Source: Octopus vulgaris (Eukaryota). Taken from it: 64,000 nucleotides of DNA. The stretch is from positions 114,328,001 through 114,392,000 of the forward strand of contig OX597817.1 of assembly GCA_951406725.2 (NCBI GenBank), in the 5' to 3' direction. The position numbers were made by a program, and so were the translations under genes. A model generated the notes under the pieces. That model did not search any database and had not been told where the DNA came from. It was given only the letters and a program-made list of their open reading frames with translations. This document shows positions 39,826 to 52,559 of this stretch, in pieces (position 1 is the stretch's first letter; each line of letters starts with the position of its first letter).

Positions 39826-40260
39826 TTTATCTATGATAGATTAACAAACTATTCAGATGAGATTTGCCTCTCATTTACTGAGCAATTATTACTGAGTGAC
39901 TTTTGAGTTACTCAAATTGTTTTTGTTTTCCTAATGTGTGTTTTAGACTCAAACATCTCTGAAACTGCCTCATCTAGAGTGAGGATTTGGCAGAATCTTT
40001 AGAGTACTGGAGAAATTACTTCTGATATTTAATTAATGCCATTACATTCCTGAGTCCAAATCTTGCTAAAGTCAATTTTGCCTTTCATCATTTTGGGATT
40101 GATAAAGTAAATATTAGTCAAATATTTGGGGTTAATTTAATTGACTGTACAACTTCCCCAAATTCAAAATATTACACCTACATTATAAATCCTTATTAGA
40201 CTCATTTACCATGGCTTGATATACATTACATGCATTTTTATTGTTCAAATTTATGTATAA

Positions 40261-41063
40261 CTAGCAGCGTAGCCTGGCATTGCCCGGGTATATAAAAAAC
40301 TTTGTCGATAAGCAATGCCCTTTACCTTTTTATCCTTTTTTGTACTCATTGAACCGTTATTTTGTAAAGTCATGGTCGGTCTCAAAGTGATATGGTTTTG
40401 TCGTTTTCTCCCAATACTTGTTAACTGCATTGACAAAAGGTCGTTAGTTTGACATTTAATGCAAACTTGATGTCCAACATCGGTGTAGGGAAAATCTATG
40501 TGAACTTTCAAAAAATATAGCAGAAAAATTGGTTTGCTATGTGTGCCACATATGATGTAATTAACCGATTTTTTCCAGTAATAACGTATCCTATTGGAAT
40601 CAAAAGGGCCATATAGCTGTGAATTTCAAAAAAAATTCCTGCCAATTTGTTAAAGATATTGTCGAAAATATATCATCTTGAATTTGAATGCGATTTCCCA
40701 AAATGGTATGATTTTTATCGATTTTTTTTCTGATGGTAAGGTATTGCATGTAAAACTAACGTCAGAATTAAGTTCCATAGGGTAACATTAAGCTTCACCA
40801 TGAGCTTGGTGAAAATCGATTGCAAGTTGCGAAAACTACAATAGAAAATGTGTTGCATATGATAAGCTTAAATTCTTGACCCCATGTCGAATTTATCGAT
40901 TTTTTTCAGAACTGGGAGAACTTTTCAAAGCTTTTGCTGCGTTAGTTTTGAATTATGACATTGGGCTATGTGTGTGTCAAGTTTCATCAGAGTTGGTTGA
41001 AAACCATGGTCAGGGTGAGGGTACAACCTGACAGACACACAGCCTTTTATATATATATAGAGA
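40261..41063 (-). mobile_element. Non-autonomous Helitron, about 800 bp
   Basis: Minus strand starts A|TC(TC)TATATA and ends with a GC-rich hairpin CCCGGGCAATGCCAGG then CTAG|T; no TSD; CpG-richer interior. Confidence 0.85.
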
Positions 41064-41164
41064 TATTTTGTCTAGCTGTCAAGAATTGTCACCAGATATA
41101 AGAACTCAGCTTGCAATATAGTGTGTGTTATGCATAGTTACAGGTTGTAAGGCATAACATCCAT

Positions 41165-41375
41165 TCAGCCCCACTGCCAGGGATGTGATGAGGTCATGGG
41201 ACTGTAACAGGGTGGATTGTAAAGAGGCAGTGGAAGAGCTCAACTGGGCCAATGGTGCTGCTTATGTTGATGGTGAGCGGAGGAATCCTAGAAAATCAAC
41301 TCTCAGGATCACAAAGGTCTATCAGGAGAGTAACTGCAACACATCCATAGGGGCACCATCCATGGTTATGTAATC
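41165..41375 (+). mobile_element. Probable LINE (RTE-like) 5' UTR fragment
   Basis: GC-rich island unlike its flanks; resemblance is from memory only; no protein motif. Confidence 0.4.
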
Positions 41376-42330
41376 AGCTAATGAGAGATTAACTATGACT
41401 CAAGTTCCCAGTTCAAATTCATAATAATGGAAATGGTACCCGAGTCATGGGAATCTGTGGAAGCAATGAAAAAAAAAAATTACACATTACATTGATAAAT
41501 AATAAGTACTGGTGTTAATAGATTCAGCTAAAAATTATCCAAAGCAGTGCTTCAGCATGGCCTTTGTCTAATGACTGAAACAAGTAAAAGATAAAAGAAA
41601 AGATATAAAGATAAAAGTATATACTTTTGTTTCGTCTTTCATTTTATCTATGGGTTGCATGTGTATGTGCGTGTGTGTGTGTGTGTGTATTGTTGATGGC
41701 ACCAGAATTTATGAAGTTTTCAGAACAATATGTATGTGTGTATGTGTATGTGTGTGTGTGTGTGTGTGTCTGTGTGTGTATGTATGTATGTTTGTATGTT
41801 TAATTATTTCTCTTCTAACTTTTCCACTGTTCTGTAGTTGAGTGCCATGAAGGGTTGCATCAATTCCTTGCATGCCAAACTATATGGTTGTTCTCATAGT
41901 CACAAGTCTTGTATCAATGAGATCTCACTTTACATTGCTAAGGAGAGAGAGAGAGAAAAAAAGAGTTATTAGTGTTCCAATTCTGATTTCCCTTGTGTCC
42001 CCCTAAATCAATAGATCCAAAGAAAACTTGATGGACATGAGCCAGTGAAGGAGCTTCTGCACAGCCACTCAACCTGCCAGAAGTAGTTGCCAAAATCTCC
42101 CTGAAATCAAAGCCTCTGATCTTAAAATAAATATTGATTTAGTATTCACACTGAATAATGTCTTAATCTTAATCTGCTACTATAATTCCATTCTCATTTA
42201 GTGTGTTTATAGGAATATTGAATCAGCACCAGAATTGGTGAGTAATTTATTTTATCAACCCAGAATGCTTGGACACTTTCGAGGCTGTTGTTTTATGACT
42301 GTTTGCTCTTCTTGATGCTAACCTTTTCAG

Positions 42331-42380
42331 TCACCTCTTCCGAAACCAAAGATATTGGTGTATTGTATCAATTTTTCTAA
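42331..42380 (+). CDS. Candidate alternative last exon (phase 1 xTSSETKDIGVLYQFF*; phase 2 xHLFRNQRYW...)
   Basis: GCTAAC at 42317-42322 then cttttcAG; A-rich stretch with AATAAA at 42536 follows. Confidence 0.35.
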
Positions 42381-43076
42381 AAGCCGAAATACACTCACAC
42401 AAATACACACACACACACACCCACACACAAACATACACCCACACAAACATACCACCCCACTCCCAACACACATGCACACACATGTATAAATGTGTGTAAA
42501 CAAAATTTTGTGTTAGCATGAAATTCGGTAAAAGAAATAAATATTATTAATAAAAAAAACGGAAAGAGTTCTGTGAATTAGCTGCTTCTTTCACTTTCGT
42601 AACATCTAATCAATAGAAAATAGAAAACAAGGAAAACAGCAGCAGCAACAACAAGATAACAATGAACTAAATAATTCTTTCTCTTAGCCGCCATATATTA
42701 GAAAAAATAATAAAACAACTACTAAACAAAAGACAAAAAAAAAAAGACAGCTGATTAGAATTTTTCACCCTCATTGATGTCAGTTTAACTTCTCACCAAA
42801 CGTCACTTTGGTGCTGCTGCTTTGATCCTTGTAATATTTGCTATATTACTTCACTGTGTAGACAACACCCAAGAAAATTTCGGTTCAATATATTTTAAGC
42901 TATTTATATTGAAACAAATATGACGCAGAGACACACCTATCCGTGTGTGTGAGTGTGTGTGCGTGTGCATGTAAATTAACAAACAAGTGCATACGCATTC
43001 TCTTTTTCATCTCTTCTTTCCTCTTTTCATGAATCTATTCCCCCTATAAACTGTCTCTCAATGTGCATTAAGCGTG

Positions 43077-43116
<40 letters not shown>

Positions 43117-43273
43117 CATGCATATATGTACATGTGTATGTGTGTGTATATATATAATATATATATATTTTTGTATGTGTATATGTATATGTATGTATTC
43201 ACACATATATGAATACATACATAACTGTATACATATATGTGTATGTGTGTATATGTGTATGTATGTATGTATG

Positions 43274-43328
<55 letters not shown>

Positions 43329-44003
43329 TAAATAAAACATATGCATATATACATGCATATATGTACATACCTACCTCTACATGTGTATATACATGCATAT
43401 ATGGGTACAGGACACCAAAAAAAAACCGTCGAACACAATGAGAAACGGAAACATAAACACAAAACCAAGGAACTGGACATTTTTCTTAAACAACGATATA
43501 TATATATATATATATATATAGATGTATGTATGTATGTATGTATATGTATCTATATACACATATATGAATACATATACATAAGAAAACACCATCCGAGCGT
43601 GGCCGTCTGCCAGCCTCGTCTGGCACCTGTGTCGGTGGCACATAAAAAACACCATGCTAGCATGGAAAGCGGACGTTAAACGATGATGATGATGATGATG
43701 ATATACATAAATGTATACGTATATGTGTGTGTGTGTGTGTGTGTATATATATGTGTGTATGTATGTATATACACACATATGAATACACATACATGTGTGT
43801 GTGTGTATGTGTTATATATGCATAGTATATCTTATGTGTACATTTAGAGATATGACTGCTACTTCGTGGAAAGTATCATCATCCAGTCTACTTCCTGTAA
43901 AGTGGTGTAGTTACTACTGTGCTTAGTAGTATCACTAGTTATGAAATACAGAGCAGACATAGGAGAAATTATGATTATACATATGCATATATATATCATC
44001 ATC

Positions 44004-44035
<32 letters not shown>

Positions 44036-44257
44036 CATCATCACTATATATATATATATATATATATAGATAGATAGATATATATTTTGCTTAGGCATGG
44101 TGAAATTAACCTGGAGTAGAACTCAATATATATATGCTTCAGAATGAAACACTAGTTGAGTACAGGGCAGTAACAAGAAAGTGCGATGACAAAGGAAAAA
44201 ACGAGATTCTGAAGTCGTCTGGACATTCTATAGTTGTTTGGACATTCTGAAGACATA

Positions 44258-44660
44258 GGCGTAAGAGTGGCTGTGTGGTAAGTAGCTTGCTTACGAACCA
44301 CATGGTTCCGGGTTCAGTCTCACTGCTGGGCACCTTGGGTAAGTGTCTTCTACTATAGCCTCGGGCCGACCAAAGCCTTGTGAGTGGATTTGGTAGATGG
44401 AAACTGAAAGAAGCCCGTCATATATATGTATATATATGTATGTGTGTGTTTGTGTGTCTGTGTTTGTTCCCCCAACATCGCTTGACAACCGATGCTGGTG
44501 TGTCTACGTCCCCGTAACTTAGTGGTTTGGCAAAAAAGAGACCGATAAAATAAGTACTAGGCTTACAAAGAATAAGTCCTGGGGTCGATTTGATCGACTA
44601 AAGGCGGTGCTCCAGCATGGCCACAGTCACATGACTGAAACAAGTAAAAGAGTAAAAGAG
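44258..44660 (+). mobile_element. tRNA-headed SINE family A, full length, young
   Basis: TGGCTGTGTGGTAA A-box-like, GGTTCAGTC B-box-like, internal (TA/TG)n and (GTAAAAGA)n tail; more than 10 relatives in the window. Confidence 0.93.
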
Positions 44661-44662
44661 TG

Positions 44663-44836
44663 TAAGTCATCTGGGGGCCGTGGTTGAAGCCAATGGCAAT
44701 TCTATTGAATAAATTTACTCTTTAGTATTTCAAAATATTTTTGTGTAATTTTTGTAAATATATCTGTTAAAATGAGAGGTCTCGTGTTATTTTCATTTTT
44801 GCATAATTTAGACAAAAGTTTATTCACTGCACCCTG
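44663..44836 (+). mobile_element. Tc1/mariner 3' end relic
   Basis: HLGAVVEANGNSIE* (cf. RLEAVIxAxGGxIE*), then a terminal GCACCCTG. Confidence 0.7.
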
Positions 44837-44837
44837 A

Positions 44838-44873
<36 letters not shown>

Positions 44874-45194
44874 ACCGAAAAATATAAATACACCATTAGT
44901 ATTGAATTATAACAGTTCTCACCTGAAGATCCCTTTAGTAGTAAACCCAAGTTGCTGGACAAACATTCAGTTTAAGTACAACCATGTCCTCTACATTATG
45001 AGCAGTCCTTTCCAATTCATCTGAGTAAATCAATATCCATCCATTAATCAATCCATCAATCATGGTTATTGTTTATAAAAGAATATCAACTCAGGAAAGA
45101 ACTCAATAGAAATACCCGAGTAAAATATTTATTGAGGCCATAAATTCTGTACAGTTGCTCAGAGTTTTATTTTTATATGTTGCTGAACTGTATT

Positions 45195-45440
45195 TTATCT
45201 TTTACTTATTTCAATCATGACTGTGGCCATGCTGGGGCACCACCTTGAAGAATTTTTAGTTGAATGAATTAAGTCCAGTACTTATCTTTTTAAAGCCTGG
45301 TACTTATTTTATGGGCCTCTTTTTGTCAGACTGCTAAGTTATAGAGACTTAAACGCATCAACACCGGTTGTCAAGCAGTGACAGTGGACACTTACACACA
45401 AGCACAAAGACACTTACACATATGCACACATCTCTCTTTT

Positions 45441-45473
<33 letters not shown>

Positions 45474-45617
45474 ATATATATATATAAATCCACCCATAAG
45501 GATTTGGTCAGCTTGAGGCTTAGTAGAAAACACTTGCCTGAGGTACTAAGCTGTGGGACTGAACCCGGAATCATATGGTTGGGAAGCAAGCTTCTTACCT
45601 CTCAACCATGCTTGCAT
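45195..45617 (-). mobile_element. SINE family A
   Basis: Inverted relative of 44258-44660, about 540 bp away. Confidence 0.85.
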
Positions 45618-45789
45618 CTATGAAGAGAATTTAAAAACATTTATAAATACTGATGGTAAATACAGGGCAGAGAAATGTAGCAAGAGAAAAGTGTGAGGGG
45701 GGAAATAGCAACAAAAGCAAAAGCAACAAAAGCAAAAGCAACATAGTATGGTATAGAACCTGAGTGAAGGAGATAAAAAAATAAATAAA

Positions 45790-46038
45790 TGCGCCCTTTT
45801 AAAGCCTAGCCAGGCTCTTGGGCCTAGTTTCCCAGTTTCTATGGTGTATGTGTTCCCCAGCTGGATGTGACGCCAGTCTATTGCAGCGTTACTCATTTTT
45901 GCCAGCTGAGTGGACTGGAGCAACGTGAAATGAAGTGTTTTGCTCAAGACCACAACGCGTCGCCTGGTCTGGGAATTGAAACCACAATCTTACGATCATG
46001 GAGCTGAGACCCTAACCACTAAGCCACATGCCTCCACG
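45790..46038 (-). mobile_element. Chimeric SINE (family D core with the tail of 49537-49840)
   Basis: Minus strand D core, then CTGCAATAGACTGGCGTC..GAAACTGGGAAACT..GAGCCTGGCTAGGCTT.AAAAGGGCG. Confidence 0.85.
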
Positions 46039-46416
46039 AGTGTAGGAGAGACAGTATGGAATGAATTTTATGGGTGTCAAAATGAACAGGAAGGGAGTAA
46101 AGATATTTATTAAGCCAATCATAAGAGCCTATAATTAATAATTTAAACATTTTAAAAAAGTGAAATAAAAATAAATTATTGGTTATGCTATAAAAGGAAC
46201 ACTTCAATCAATATATTATTTGCTTTGGCATCAGTCAAAAAAAAAAAGATGCAATTCATCAGCATAGTTAAAAAGCTATACGTTCATTTTGTTTTCTGCC
46301 AATACATAAGACCAGCATATTTATCATCACGATCGTCATCAACAACCCCTCCCCATCACCTCTATATTCCCACCACCAGTACCCCCACCACTCTCGCCAT
46401 CCTCGTCATCATTTAA

Positions 46417-46623
46417 ACCTTTAGCATTTAAATAGGTCATATCTGGCTCAAATGTGTTCAAACCAACCAGATCTGGCCTCTTACATCTACCCTACAATTT
46501 CCTACTAAAAATAAACAATCACATTATTGAATTCTGAAAGCTATGAGATAATGCATGATTAATTCAAAACACTGTTAATAAATAAGCATTACATTTCTCA
46601 GAGTAATCTGAATACTAAAAAGG
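46417..46623. mobile_element. piggyBac-like MITE
   Basis: TTAA at 46413-46416 and 46624-46627; same interior as 33457-33668. Confidence 0.85.
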
Positions 46624-46780
46624 TTAACATTCATGTTTCGTGTAGGCACAGGTTAGATAGTCAGGTGAAATCTGACGGGCCCAAAAACTGCATTATACTC
46701 CATTGTTTATTTTGGCATGGTTTCTATGGCTATATGCCTTTCCAGCATTCAGAACATTTTAAAACTTTCATTATTTAAAT

Positions 46781-47186
46781 CAGTGGTTCTCAATCAGGAT
46801 TCATATGACTCCTGAAGATCCATATAAGATTTTTGTGAGTCCACATAACAAAATAATAAATTGGGGATTTTAAGGGCCCCTGAAAATAGAATTTTAAGGG
46901 CCCCTGTAAAAGTTTTGCTTTAGATGTATGTATTTATATGTATTTTAAGGGGTACTGAAAAAAATTTTGCTTTAGATGTATGTATTGGTATGTATTGCAA
47001 GAAACAGCTAGGTTTCTTTCAGTAGCATTTTACATAGTTCAACCTACACAAGTCAGTGTGTGGAAAACTAAACAGGAATTTTGAAAAACATTTCTATAAA
47101 ACTAGATTTTAAACATTGAATGGTTATGGAGGTCCACCAAAATAAAATAGTAATCAAAAGGAGTCCATGGATAAAAAATAGTCGCC
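46781..47186. mobile_element. hAT/Charlie-like non-autonomous element (right end lost) with internal tandem duplications
   Basis: Starts CAGTGGTTCTCAA. A complementary solo end TTGAGAACCACTG also occurs near 1336-1348. Confidence 0.6.
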
Positions 47187-48765
47187 AGTTATTTTTTAAA
47201 TTTAATACTGAACCAATTCTGTTTGCTAATCATAATTTTATCATTCGCTTCAAATATAAACCATTATATACAGTATATATAAACCATTATATAAACCAAA
47301 TATAAACCATTATATACAGTATAATATCTTAATGTAACAGCTATCTAATATGCTTATGTCCACTGATCAAAAATCAGGAAGAAGGTTATACACAGCTTGT
47401 GTGTAATCTTCTTCCTAATTCTTGAACTCAGTGTGGAGTGTAGGTTATCAACAAGACATATCCATCTATCTCTTGTATCTGCCATGTACGCTACAAATTT
47501 CTGTGGTACTGGTGAAGATAGGGTAGCCATAACCCCTCTAATGCTGGTGCCATGATGGAAAGCATTAGTACACTCTATAAAGTCGTTGGTGATAGGAAGT
47601 GCATTTAGTGAAAGAAAGTTTCCCCAATATGCAATGTTTTCATGAGATATAGTCCCAGATTCATCTAGGATACATAAAAACTGACTCTGTCTGTAATGAT
47701 TCACTCAACCTATGACAACATGGACGAGTGGACATATGATGAAGAAGATGATGATGACGATGATGACACCCATGCACACACTCTTTTATTCTTGTTTCAA
47801 CCATTTGGCTTTGACCATGCTGAGGTACCGCTATGGAAATATACTTTTGTATATATTTTCAGAAAATTAGTATTAATAATAGTGATAAATTATTACTGTG
47901 AATTTTAAATTCATCACTAGAGGGAATTTTTTTTGTCCATAGTTTTTTTTTGCATGCTTCTATAGTTGTTCTTGCGCATGTTTTTGTGTCAGGATTGACC
48001 TTACAGACCTTTATTTCTCAGAGAATTCCACTGCAATTATTATCTATTATGCAATGGACAAGTAATAGAAAGAAATACATGTCGATTTAAGTGACATTTC
48101 AATTTATTTTTTTCAATAGTTTTAGCCATATTGGACTGAACTTGGCGCTAGGTTTATTGATTATGTTTACATGTAGAGCCTCTATGCATGTATATGTCTC
48201 TACAGCATAAAATTTCTATTATTGACAAAGAATTGCAGTGAAGACCATAGAAAATAACATAATTGTGTTGTATAAGCCATTGAGGAGTCCTCTATGTGGT
48301 TGTTCAACCTATTAAAAAAATAGCAGCCAAATCCCCTTTAGAACCACACCTTATAGTATTAAAAAAAATGGATACATTGTATGATGTAATCATAGAAAAA
48401 TTGTATCTGATAAACAAACAGTATGTGATAGATGTAATGGGAATGCTTTCTGGTTGTAAGGTCAGCATGACCAGAGTTGACCTGAGGTTAAACAATAACA
48501 ACAGCTACAGCAATTACAGCAACATTATTGAGTTAGGTTATTGTATACATAGACAGAATGCTGTCATGCATTTGAAAAAAACAGCTGTTTGTAATAATTG
48601 CTTAGAATCTTGGAGACTGTGATCTCTAAGGTCACTCAATCAATGCCTCTATCTTACACACGTATGCATGCACATCTATGTAAGTGTATGAATCTTTAAA
48701 TCTTTAGTATTTGTAGATTGGCAGAATCAATAGTACTGATGGACAATATTCATTGCATTTAGTTA

Positions 48766-48980
48766 GGTGGTGAGCTGGCAGAACTTTTAGCATGTTGGCC
48801 AAAATGCTTAGTGGCATTTTGTCCATCTTTACATTCTGAGTTCAGATTCTGTTGAGGTTAACTTTGCCTTTCATCCTTTCGGGGTTGATAAAATAAGTAC
48901 TAGTTGAGCACTGGGGCCGATGTAATTGACTAGTCCTCTTCTCCCAACTTACTGGCCATGTGTCAAAATTTGAAACTAAT
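48766..48980 (+). mobile_element. SINE family B nested in an older family B copy
   Basis: TSD-like TTCATTGCATTTAGT (48749-48763) and TTCCTTGCATTTAGT (48982-48996). Confidence 0.88.
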
Positions 48981-49536
48981 CTTCCTTGCATTTAGTCGGG
49001 TTTGAATATTACCAGGTCTGACTTTGCTCTTCATCCTTTCAGAGTCAGTATAATAATAAATTTACAAGTTGATCACATGCATCCCTTCAAGTTTGAGTCC
49101 TTGTTCCTAAGCCAGAAGTCAAAATTATCTCAGATAAGTGTTCAAACAAATGTTTGAGATGAATTACTGTTAATGTATTTATAGGTTTATATACCTTTAA
49201 CTCATTAGCATTTAAACTGGCCATATCCATCCCAAATATTCTACAGGATTTATGCTCAAACTGGCCAGATACAGCCTCTCACACTAACCCTGCAGTGTCA
49301 TTTTAAAAATAAACAACCATAACATGACAGGAGCCGGCCAGATAGAAGACTACCCCAGGCTACTGTGTCTGTTTTGGCAAAGTTTTTATGGTTCGATGCC
49401 TTTTCTGACACCAACCACTCTGCAGAGTGGACTGAGTTTTGAAATATCTTTGGAAGGTAATTTTACCAGTCAAAAGACATATACTGGTTCTATTTCACTT
49501 CTTTTCATTATTATAAGTCAACTAATGGAGTGAGTG

Positions 49537-50080
49537 TGGAGACACAATGGTCCAGTGGTTAGGGCAGTGGACTTGCGGTCAGAGGATCGCGGTTTTGATT
49601 CCCAGACCAGGCGTTGTGTGTGTTTATTGAGCGAAAACACCTAAAAGCTCCAAGAGGCTCTGGCAGGGGGTGGTGTCAACCCCTGGTGTACTCTTTTGCC
49701 ACAGCTTTCTCTCACTCTCTCTTCCTGTTTCTTGAGTAACTCTGCGATGGACTGGTGTCCTGTCCAGTAGGGGAGAACACATATGCCACAGAAACCGGGA
49801 AACCAGGTCCCTGAGCCTGGCTAGGCTTGAAAAGGGCGGAAAAGAAAGAAGAATGAAGTGAGCTGGCAGAACCATTAGCATGCCAGACGAAATGTTTAAC
49901 AGCTTTTCATTTGTTTTTACATCATGCATTCAAATAGTGCTGAGATCAGCTTGTCTTTTATCCTTTCAGGGTTAATGAAATAAGTACCAGTTGAGCGCTG
50001 GTGTCAATATAACCGACTAGTCTCATCCCCAACCAAAAAAAAAAAAAATTTCAGGCCTTGTGCCTATAATAGAAAGGATT
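49537..50080 (+). mobile_element. SINE family C (49537-49840) followed by SINE family B (49857-50080)
   Basis: Heads and cores match the other copies. Confidence 0.85.
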
Positions 50081-51388
50081 ATTACATTAACTAGTTAATG
50101 AATTAGCCAATTAACTTATTGATTTCTTGACTAATCACTTGATCAATAAATCAATGAGTCAATTGGTTTGTCATCATCTTTTCATCACTATATTCAAACT
50201 GGTTTGGATGCATTACATTGTGATAGACCTGGAGCTACAAGAGCATATCACTAATGAGGTGGGGAAAAGCAATGAAAGGATTCAGACAAGCCAACTGATG
50301 GACCGATTAATGAAATGATTAGTGAAACAATTGATTAGTTAATTAGTTAACTAGTTGCTCAATAATGATAAAAAGAAGTGAAAGAGAATCAGCCTACCTG
50401 ATTTCATTGGCAAAATGATCCTCTTGAGATATAACATCTGTTTCAACACATGATTTCACATTGAGTATCTTGCAAAACAGTTACAAAAAGATGCTGCTGC
50501 TGCTGCTGCAGCTGTTGTTTGATTTTGTTTTCAACACTTTTTTTAATTATAAATTTTGTATAATGATAGAAAAATATCATGAAAGAAAAAAAGAAAAAAA
50601 AACGAAATAAACTATACTAGTTTCAGTACAAAATGACATATTAGATAAATTAAAAATATATATTGTGTTAAAAAAAAATTAAATCTACATTGCTGGAATA
50701 ATCTTTATAACTGATATAGTTCTTTCTTTTTTTTTTTATCTCTCACAAAACTCAAAAACAAAAGTGATATAAAAATGAAACTTTATAAAAGTTAACATTC
50801 CATATAACAAAAAACAAACACATAAACAAAACAAAACAAAAAAGAAAAAATGCAGTGAAAGATTTTATGTTAATTTACTTCTTTTTTTGTTTTTTATTGT
50901 TCCTGAATTCTTCAGATTCAAGAATATACATATTGTATACTTTCTGAAGAATTCTTGTAAGATTTCTAAATTATTGATGTATGTTTTGCAAAATATTGAT
51001 GTATATTTTCTAAAGTTAAATTTCTTATTTTTGTCTTGAAACATTTTCATTAGTTTTCTACTATCTGAATGAATTTTTATGGAATAACGTTTGTTTTTAT
51101 ATTTTAACAAAAGAATAATAGTAGTCATCGTTTATTTGTTTCTTTTCTTTATTTCTCTCCTTTTTTTCTTTCTTCCCACTGACTGACTCGTCCATTTTTA
51201 TGATCAGAAATTACTATGATATTATTTTATTTTGTGATTTTCCCCATTTATGTTGCATAGGCATGTTGCATGGTACTTATGAGCATACACACATTGTTTA
51301 AGAGTATGTGACTCTGTTTCTGTATGTGTGAGCATATGTTTGTGCATGCAGGTGCATACACATGTACATTATACATATGTATACATAC

Positions 51389-51443
<55 letters not shown>

Positions 51444-52051
51444 TGTGTGTGTGTGTATATATAAATAAACATATACATTTTTATGAGTATGTATATATAT
51501 ATATTTATATATATATATGTGTATACATATATATGTGTGTGTGGGTGTATACATGTATATATGTTGACACACACACATACACAAAGTTGTTGGCTGATTG
51601 GCAAGAAAATCCGAGTTAAAAATTTTAGAATTCTAAATTAGCAGTTATGTGTATTTACACTAAACCTGCAATATAAACAGATGTTGTAAAGTCGGTATTG
51701 TTTCTATTTCTTTTTCTCTTGTATTTCTTATTGCTTTTTGTTCTCTTTGATAAAGTGTGTTACCCTACAATGTTCCTTTCGTATGTTTCTTGTTAGTGTA
51801 TTTATTTCTATTTTACACATTCTTTATTATCATTTCCTGTCATGTTTCTGTGCTTTTCCCCACAATGTGTTTTGTTGTTCAAATTTATGTCATTTATTTG
51901 CTTATCTCTTAACCTTATTCATCATCATCATTATTTTGTATCCACTTTATCATACTTGCAAGGGTTAGACGAAACTTGTTGAAACATTCCTTTTGCTAAC
52001 TGTCATCTGTTTTCCAAGCAAGGTAATATTTTCTCATATTTAAACATATTA

Positions 52052-52224
52052 TAATTTTACAGCCAGCTGGTTTTCCTTTTGCTAATGAATCACTAACGAA
52101 TTGTGAAGTGGATTGATTATACAAGCTTAATGAGTGAGTTTCTATATGGTCTCTCAGCCTACTGCAACTAGAAGTTACATGTTCCTCAAATTATGCTCTG
52201 CCGACTCAAAAATGTTCACATTCA
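52052..52224 (+). repeat. 173-bp local direct duplication, copy 1 (copy 2 at 53256-53428)
   Basis: Same length, gap-free, roughly 85-90 percent identical by eye. Confidence 0.9.
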
Positions 52225-52559
52225 CAGAAGATTGGAAACAAACAACCCCACTTGTATGACAGTGATGCTCATTTACAACTATGACATGAAGTCTAGACAA
52301 TAGTTGACACAAACACATACACACACACGCACACTCACATGCGTGCACACTCACGCTTACATGCGTGCACACAATCCATCTCTCAATCCACTCACAAGGA
52401 TTTGATCAACTTGGAACTGTGGTAGAAAATACTTGCTCAAGGTGCTGTACATTGGGACTGAACCAAGACTCCATGGTAGAGAAGCAGGATTCTCAACCAC
52501 ATACCTCTCCTACACTTATAGTCACAGCTTTGCCTTTTATATTTGTATTTCTTTTTGTC

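Noticed and set aside
41171-41233. CCACTGCC/GGCAGTGG pairing as a possible HDV-like ribozyme P1
   Set aside because: I could not place P2, P3 or the catalytic J4/2 strand; a single 8-bp stem is insufficient.
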